Source: an uncultured archaeon | GTDB lineage: Archaea; Asgardarchaeota; Jordiarchaeia; Jordiarchaeales; Jordiarchaeaceae | Assembly (NCBI GenBank): GCA_964510585.1 | Contig: CAZECW010000045.1 | Location: 1-12,567 of the forward strand | Direction of reading: 5' to 3' | DNA length: 12,567 nucleotides | Part shown: positions 6,837-12,567 of the stretch, one piece after another | How positions within the stretch are numbered: position 1 is the first letter of the stretch | Layout of the letters: every line of letters starts with the position of its first letter | Notes under the pieces: generated by a model | Told to the model about the DNA's origin: nothing | Databases searched by the model: none | Seen by the model: the letters and a program-made list of their open reading frames with translations, nothing else | Made by a program: the position numbers and the translations under genes

Positions 6837-8074
6837 CTCCTTCTCGTGATTAATTCCTCAAAAGTTTCAACTACTTTATCCGCAAACATGTCATCATTAA
6901 TGTGGCAGTCAACCTCAACAACTTTGACCTTCTTTTCCACGTTCTCCTTTAATGAATCAATGAATCCTTGGTCAGCTTCGGGGTCGTATAGGGGTGCACC
7001 CCTTTTGCTGGCTTCAGAGAAACCGCGCAGGGGAATTATAATTGCTACTGATCCCTTGGCTCTATTCGCCCTCTCTGCAATGTTTTTGCCCACCTTTTCT
7101 AGCTCCTCTTTAGTGGTTCTCACCAATACTACACTTGGCCCATGCATGGTCCATTTGCGACCTTTAAACTCGGAGGGAACTTGATCTATTCCTGTTCCCG
7201 GAAATATGTGCATATCTAGGCCGCCGGGGGCTATTATTTGGGGGAGAGCCTTCTCATTGGCACTTTCCAGGCGTACCCTCCTCACTTCGGGGGCACCTAT
7301 TAACATTGAGATGTATTCTGGGGGGTATAGAACCATTGGAATGGTTTCAAAGGAGGTGATATCGATGACTGCGTCGATGCTTCCCTCTCTTATCAGTCTG
7401 TCTAGCATGGGCGTTTTTGCGTGGAAGGTTACAGCATTGTATCCCTTCTTCTCTAGACGAGAGATGACTTTCTGGACGCATGGGGTTGTGACTCCAAGAA
7501 CAGTCATGCCTACAAGCGGCTTCTCTTCTGCTTTGGGAACCTCCTGTTCCACCATGCCTATAATTGCGCCCGCCGCGTTGGATAGTGTTCTTTTAACTAT
7601 TTTGTCGAGACCCACTAAATCTACGGGTGTTTGCATCACAGTTATGTCCTCGTCCCCTATGGGTCTGGGGTCTATGAATGTAGTTACTAAAAGTTTGGGT
7701 ACCCCTATGGGAAGTACCTTCATAGCTGCTGTTCCCAATGCTGCTGCGGTTGTGCCGCCTAAACTCATTATGCCATCCAGCTCGCCTTTGGAATACAAGT
7801 CTCCCACTATTTTTTTGACTCCCTCTACCATTACTTTGGTGGCTTCGAACCTGTCAGCGCCCTTTTCAGCGGCTTCCACAAGTTCTTTAAGGCTTTTGCC
7901 GCCGGCTTCAGCAACCTTCTCTCTGGGAACATCTCCCCTAATTAGGGGTTTGCCCATGACTCCTGCATCCACAATTATTGCTCGATGTCCCTTTTTCTCA
8001 ATTATTTCCTTTAGATATTTGACCTCGTCTCCTCTAGTATCCAGAGTGGCTACAATCACAATTTTCTTAGCCAT
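6833..8074 (-). CDS. Tm-1-like ATP-binding domain protein (UPF0261)
   Basis: IVATLDT.GDE, LP.GVPKLL.TT, N.AGAI.GM, VG.T..GVTTPCV, PGGLDM, P.RGFS and HIND..FA are UPF0261 hallmarks. RBS GGAGG at 8085-8089. Confidence 0.93.
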   Translation of the reverse strand: MAKKIVIVATLDTRGDEVKYLKEIIEKKGHRAIIVDAGVMGKPLIRGDVPREKVAEAGGKSLKELVEAAEKGADRFEATKVMVEGVKKIVGDLYSKGELDGIMSLGGTTAAALGTAAMKVLPIGVPKLLVTTFIDPRPIGDEDITVMQTPVDLVGLDKIVKRTLSNAAGAIIGMVEQEVPKAEEKPLVGMTVLGVTTPCVQKVISRLEKKGYNAVTFHAKTPMLDRLIREGSIDAVIDITSFETIPMVLYPPEYISMLIGAPEVRRVRLESANEKALPQIIAPGGLDMHIFPGTGIDQVPSEFKGRKWTMHGPSVVLVRTTKEELEKVGKNIAERANRAKGSVAIIIPLRGFSEASKRGAPLYDPEADQGFIDSLKENVEKKVKVVEVDCHINDDMFADKVVETFEELITRRR

Positions 8075-8297
8075 CCTATTTATTCCTCCAACCTAATATT
8101 CAAGGCTTCCAACCACGTCTTGTTCCATATTCTAAACTTCCCAGCCACAAAAGAGAGGATGCACCTATACTCTGCCTAGAATACTTTTAAAGGGAAATCA
8201 TTGCTCTAATCACACCTCTCTTCCGGGGAAAATGCAAGTTACGGATATGTATCCTTAAATATTATGAATGCACTTAATAGTTATTTAAATCTAATCT

Positions 8298-8378
8298 TGA
8301 AACCTTAAAGAAGCGATTGTTAGATAAAAAGAGCGCTCAAGAATGTAGATCCTAAAAAATGCTGAAACCTGAAAGAAG
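8298..8378. repeat. 16-bp imperfect direct repeat (8298-8313 and 8363-8378) in the divergent intergenic region
   Basis: TGAAACCTTAAAGAAG versus TGAAACCTGAAAGAAG, 15/16 identical, 65 nt apart. Confidence 0.6.
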
Positions 8379-8466
8379 ACAATAGAGAAAAAAATGTGAG
8401 CAGATAAGTTGTTAACTAAATGGGTGGTGTTAGTAGACTAAAATTAAGGATTTGAGAGGTGTTGGA

Positions 8467-10413
8467 ATGCCTGTTTTCAAAAAACTATTTGAACCCATAA
8501 AAATTGGGAGAATGGAGCTAAAAAACAGGATTGTCATGCCCGCCATGTGCTCCAAGTTTGGCACAGAGCTAGGAGCTGTAAACCAGCGAATCATCGACTA
8601 CTATGTTGAGAGAGCAAAGGGTGGAGTTGGCCTCATAATAATAGAGAATACATGCATTGAGTGGCCCAGGGGGAAGGCTGGAGCAAGCCCAATAAGAATA
8701 GACGACTGGAAGTACGTTAGCGGTCTACACGACTTAGCGGAGGCCGTACACTCCTACGATGCAAAGATTGCCACTCAACTACATCACACCGGAAGGCAAA
8801 ACTCTACACTGTGTACTGAGGGAGTGGAGCTTGTTGCCCCCTCACCAATACCATGCGCCGCAATGGGAGGTGAGATGCCCCGAGAACTGACAACAGAAGA
8901 GGTGGAACAATTGATTGATAAGTATGTTCAGGGGGCTCATAGAACAATGTCTGCGGATTTCGACGCTGTGGAGCTTCACGGCGCCCACGGCTATCTCATA
9001 AGCCAATTTATGTCTCCCCTCACTAACAAGAGGAAGGACAAGTACGGTGGAGACTTCGAGGGACGCATGAGGTTTCCCCTCGAAATAATAGAGAGAATAA
9101 AAGCCATAGTAGGCCCAGACTTTCCAATAATATTCAGAATCAGCGGAGACGAGTACATAAAAGGCGGACTCACAATAGAGGACACCAAAAAGATCGCCAA
9201 GAGACTGGAGGAGGCCGGTGTACATTGCATTAGTGTCTCAGCAGGAATCTACGAGTCCGAACCTTCCTGGTTTGCTAAAATCTATCCCCCTTCTGCCATG
9301 CCCAAGGGCTGCTATGTCCCCCTAGCTGAGGCAATAAAAAGCGTGGTAAAAATCCCAGTTATCGTGGTGGGCAGGCTCAGTGACCCCATACTCGCCGAGA
9401 AAGTACTGCAGGAAGGTAAGGCTGACCTCATAGCCATGGGAAGAGGATTGCTTGCAGATCCCTACCTACCACAGAAAATAGCTGAGAATAGACTGGAGGA
9501 TATTAATCCCTGCATCTACTGCAACCAAGGTTGCTACGGAAACCTTTTCAAAATGTGGAGCATACAGTGCGACGTTAACCCCGCACTGGGACAAGAAAGA
9601 GAATTCCAAATACAACCTGCCAGCGAGGCAAAAAAAATCATGGTGGTGGGTGGAGGACCTGCAGGCATGGAGGCAGCGCGAGTTTTAGCTCTTCGGGGAC
9701 ACAAGGTTACCCTATACGAAAAGGAGGGAGAATTAGGAGGACAGATCAGGGCTGGCTCTGTAGCAAGCTTCAAAGAACCAGTGGGAGAGCTATTAAAATA
9801 CTTCAGGACACAGCTGAACAAACTAAACGTAAAGGTGGAACTAAATGTTGAGGTGGACGCTAAACTGGTAAGTAAAGTGAAGCCCGACGTATTGGTAGTT
9901 GCTACGGGTGCAGTGCCAATCATACCGGATGTGCCCGGTGCTGATGGAGAAAATGTGGTTTTGGCAACTGATGTTTTGCTTGGGCGAAAGGCTGTGGGTG
10001 AGCGTATAGTTGTGATTGGGGGTGGCGAGGTTGGGGTGGAGGTCGCCATTCACCTTGCAGAGAACGGAAAAAAGGTTTCCATAATTGAGAAGGGTTTCGC
10101 CCTCCTACTAGAATTGAACACTGTTACTCGCCTGTATCTCCTTTGGAGATTGGCTCAGCTGGGAGTAGAAACAATCATTATGGCCAACGTGAAGGAGATA
10201 AAGAAGGATTCTGTGGTTATAGATAGAGGGGGCAAAACCGAAGAGTTTAAGGCAGACAATGTTGTGCTTGCTGTAGGCTTTAAGCCAAACAGGGAACTCT
10301 TGGAAAAATTGAAGGCCACAAATATACCAGTTTACGAGATAGGAGATTGCAAAAAAATAGGTAGGCTCAAGGGAGCAATACATGGAGGATCAATTATTGC
10401 AAGGAGAATATAG
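8467..10413 (+). CDS. NADH:flavin oxidoreductase / ene-reductase (OYE TIM barrel + [4Fe-4S] + FAD/NAD domain; 2,4-dienoyl-CoA/enoate reductase-like)
   Basis: LFEPIKIG.MELKNRIVMPAM, ELHGAHGYLISQF.SP.TN.R.D.YGG, CIYCNQGC..C, GGGPAGMEAA and IGGG.VG.E. ATG 8467 (RBS GAGGTG at 8456-8461) is preferred over TTG 8452. Confidence 0.95.
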   Translation: MPVFKKLFEPIKIGRMELKNRIVMPAMCSKFGTELGAVNQRIIDYYVERAKGGVGLIIIENTCIEWPRGKAGASPIRIDDWKYVSGLHDLAEAVHSYDAKIATQLHHTGRQNSTLCTEGVELVAPSPIPCAAMGGEMPRELTTEEVEQLIDKYVQGAHRTMSADFDAVELHGAHGYLISQFMSPLTNKRKDKYGGDFEGRMRFPLEIIERIKAIVGPDFPIIFRISGDEYIKGGLTIEDTKKIAKRLEEAGVHCISVSAGIYESEPSWFAKIYPPSAMPKGCYVPLAEAIKSVVKIPVIVVGRLSDPILAEKVLQEGKADLIAMGRGLLADPYLPQKIAENRLEDINPCIYCNQGCYGNLFKMWSIQCDVNPALGQEREFQIQPASEAKKIMVVGGGPAGMEAARVLALRGHKVTLYEKEGELGGQIRAGSVASFKEPVGELLKYFRTQLNKLNVKVELNVEVDAKLVSKVKPDVLVVATGAVPIIPDVPGADGENVVLATDVLLGRKAVGERIVVIGGGEVGVEVAIHLAENGKKVSIIEKGFALLLELNTVTRLYLLWRLAQLGVETIIMANVKEIKKDSVVIDRGGKTEEFKADNVVLAVGFKPNRELLEKLKATNIPVYEIGDCKKIGRLKGAIHGGSIIARRI

Positions 10414-10417
10414 AACT

Positions 10418-10462
10418 CCATCCGCCTCTCCTTTATTTTTTGGGAGGGTGGGGGCTCTTTTT
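10418..10462 (+). terminator. Putative terminator: stem-loop with T tracts
   Basis: CCGCCTCTCC can pair with GGAGGGTGG around a TTTATTTTTT loop, followed by CTCTTTTTCT, just after the TAG stop. Confidence 0.5.
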
Positions 10463-10591
10463 CTGGTTGATGTTCCAAATTTTTTGGGGCTTCCTAGAGT
10501 TTTCCTTACAAAAAAGTAATTAGTGTAGCTTAAATATAGTTTTCTTGAGAAAGGTTTTGCAGTTAAAGGGAAGTTTTTGGGTGTTTTAAAA

Positions 10592-11911
10592 GTGGTTGAG
10601 ATGACTTTTTATGGTGGGGTTGGAGAGGTCGGCGGCAACATGTTCCTTCTCAGTGACAGAGATACCAGGATCTTCTTGGACTTTGGTATGAACTATGCTG
10701 CGAGGAGAAATTTTTATTCTTGGCCGGCTCTGCAACCCAGGGATGAGAGGGGGTTGCTGGATTTTGGACTCATACCCAACCTAACTGGAATATACCAATA
10801 TGAGGAGTCTGAGCCCGGTGTTAACGCTGTTTTCCTCACCCACTCCCATGGAGATCATAGCGGCTATGTCTCGTTAATTAAAAGGAGGATTCCTGTTTAT
10901 TGTGGTGAGACCACTTGCCTTATAATGAAGGCTATGGACGCCATTGGTAGAAAAACCTTCGAGAAGGACTTGAAAGGAATAGAGTGGAGAACTTTTCGCA
11001 CCGGTGACCATTTGGAAATCGGCGGTGTGGAAATCATTCCCATACATGTAGATCACTCTGTTCCTGGAGCTTACGGCTTCATAATTCACACCTCTGAAGG
11101 GACAATTGTGTATACTGGGGATTTCAGGACTCATGGAACAAAACCCATGTTAACTGAGGACTTTGTGCAGAAGGCGGCTGAGGAGAGTCCCGAAGCCGTT
11201 ATTTGTGAGGGCACAAACATTATGCAGGCCAGGGTCTCAAGTGAGAGGGATGTGGAGGTGGAGCTAGACAGCGTGGTGGCTAGCACTCCCAAAATTGTTT
11301 TAGCCAGTTTCGGTCACAACGATATAGACCGCTTGAGATCCTTTTACAATGTGGCTCAAAAAAATGACCGCTACCTGGTGATTTCGCTGAAGCAAGCCTA
11401 CCTATTGAGGGAACTACAAAAAGACCAGAGATTAGAGGTTCCCGACGTTACAGGAGACAGGTTTATAATATTAGACGAGGAGAAGAGAAAAAACAGGTGG
11501 GAGAGGGAGGAGATTCAGAAATATAGCAACACTAAAACCATTACAGAGATTGGCAAAATCCAAGACAAAATAATTTATATCATGTCACAGTTTGACCTAA
11601 ACGACCTTGTGGAAATTAGACCTGAGGCGGGTAGCGTTTACATCTACTCCTCTTCAGAACCCTTCACCGAGGAGGGAGAAATAGACTTTGAACGGCTCAA
11701 AAACTGGCTGGCATGCTACGGTCTACCACTCTACCAGATACACGCCTCGGGACACGTAATGCCCCACCAACTAGCGGAGGTAATAAGAAGGGTGAAGCCC
11801 AAAAAACTGGTTCCAGTGCACACCGAATATCCTGAAACCTTCAAAAAATACTTTGGAAAAAATGTCAATGTAGAACTGCCCACAAAAAACCAAACAATGA
11901 AAATACTCTAA
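10592..11911 (+). CDS. Metallo-beta-lactamase/beta-CASP nuclease, RNase J-like (COG0595-type)
   Basis: GGVGEVGGN, LDFG, THSHGDH (HxHxDH), VDHS, YTGDFR, EGT, HASGH and PVHTE. Start is ambiguous: TTG 10577, GTG 10592 or ATG 10601. Confidence 0.92.
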   Translation: MVEMTFYGGVGEVGGNMFLLSDRDTRIFLDFGMNYAARRNFYSWPALQPRDERGLLDFGLIPNLTGIYQYEESEPGVNAVFLTHSHGDHSGYVSLIKRRIPVYCGETTCLIMKAMDAIGRKTFEKDLKGIEWRTFRTGDHLEIGGVEIIPIHVDHSVPGAYGFIIHTSEGTIVYTGDFRTHGTKPMLTEDFVQKAAEESPEAVICEGTNIMQARVSSERDVEVELDSVVASTPKIVLASFGHNDIDRLRSFYNVAQKNDRYLVISLKQAYLLRELQKDQRLEVPDVTGDRFIILDEEKRKNRWEREEIQKYSNTKTITEIGKIQDKIIYIMSQFDLNDLVEIRPEAGSVYIYSSSEPFTEEGEIDFERLKNWLACYGLPLYQIHASGHVMPHQLAEVIRRVKPKKLVPVHTEYPETFKKYFGKNVNVELPTKNQTMKIL

Positions 11912-11943
11912 AAACAACTCCGGCAACACATACCCTGAAAGGC

Positions 11944-12567
11944 TCACGGGATTTCTGCCAGAAAATCTAATATTTCTTGGACTGCTTCATCCATTTTTTC
12001 TCTCAAGAATCCATGGGGAGCATCCTTAAACAGTTTTAACTTGGCCCCAGGAATAAGTTTAGCAATAATTCTAGAATTTTCTGCGGGTACAATTAAGTCC
12101 TTTTCTCCAGCCATAACAAGGGTGGGAGCCCTAATACTGGGTAAACGATCACAAGCATCAAAGGCTAGAACTGCTTCCGCCTGCCTCCTTTTACCGGTAA
12201 CCGTTGTGGGATACTTTACAGACAGAGCTCCCTTCAATAGCTCATCTCGATGCTCCCTCAAACAATTGGGAGAGTATACTAGGCTCCACCAAAGCTCTAA
12301 CGCCTCTTTCTGAGACATTTCGGGAGGGGGATTCGCCACAATGAACATTTTCTTTTGCACCTCTTTGGAAACCGGCACACTCTTGGGGCCGCCGCAGGTT
12401 GCCATGCAAAGAATCAAACCCTTAACCTTCTGGGGATAATTAATAGCGAATTCCTGGGCAATCATTGCCCCCATTGAGGCTCCTAGTATGTGGGCTTTGG
12501 GAACCTTTATGGCATCCATCAACCCCGCAAGGTCATCCGCCAACATTTTTATGGTGTAGGGGATGTC
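11944..12567 (-). CDS. Alpha/beta hydrolase, 5' end outside window
   Basis: GASMG nucleophile elbow, GEKD acid and APHG His give an intact triad. The frame stays open to the window edge (DIPYTIK|MLADDL), so 12546 is not the true start. Confidence 0.93.
   Translation of the reverse strand, partial: DIPYTIKMLADDLAGLMDAIKVPKAHILGASMGAMIAQEFAINYPQKVKGLILCMATCGGPKSVPVSKEVQKKMFIVANPPPEMSQKEALELWWSLVYSPNCLREHRDELLKGALSVKYPTTVTGKRRQAEAVLAFDACDRLPSIRAPTLVMAGEKDLIVPAENSRIIAKLIPGAKLKLFKDAPHGFLREKMDEAVQEILDFLAEIP

Noticed and set aside
7206-8096. 296-aa plus ORF (also 6702-7184)
   Set aside because: Ser/Thr/Pro-rich codon-mirror shadows of the UPF0261 and TIM-barrel genes, with no RBS or domain signal.
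8075-8170. Three TAG codons in frame upstream of the UPF0261 start (pyrrolysine read-through idea)
   Set aside because: The gene has its own GGAGG RBS and a family-typical N-terminus. The extension looks random and ends at TGA, and no pyl genes are in view.
8842-10383. Minus-strand ORFs within the ene-reductase gene
   Set aside because: Antisense shadows.
10874-12313. ORFs 10874-11134 and 12041-12313
   Set aside because: Antisense shadows of the beta-CASP and hydrolase genes.
1-12567. CRISPR array, tRNA, rRNA or selenocysteine recoding
   Set aside because: No regularly spaced repeats, cloverleaf or rRNA-like tract was seen, and no gene appears interrupted by an in-frame TGA.

Overview
Archaeal-looking window (GAGGTG/GGAGG ribosome-binding sites, BRE/TATA-type promoters, oligo-T terminators; lineage cannot be fixed from sequence alone). 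Left to right: (1) the last 141 nt of an IS200/IS605-family element, comprising the TnpB C-terminus (HRD..ALNI RuvC-III motif, missed by the ORF track), an overlapping foldable reRNA/omegaRNA scaffold with a pseudoknot, and a GAAT-hairpin-TCAA right end; (2) two orphan genes, each built from a two-fold internal repeat; (3) an MNT-HEPN pair in which the nucleotidyltransferase carries an N-terminal HxlR-like winged helix, with twin operator-like boxes flanking its TATA box; (4) a four-gene minus-strand cluster: Tm-1-like UPF0261 protein, TIM-barrel (PEP-hydrolase-like) protein, atypical GlcD-like FAD oxidoreductase, and GlpC/HdrD-like Fe-S CCG protein; (5) a divergently transcribed FMN/[4Fe-4S]/FAD ene-reductase; (6) an RNase J-like beta-CASP nuclease; (7) a convergent alpha/beta hydrolase cut by the window edge. 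The best candidate for an undescribed system is the Tm-1-like/TIM-barrel pair embedded in a redox-enzyme locus. The wHTH-MNT/HEPN module and the TnpB reRNA come next. All family calls are by motif recognition; no searches were run.
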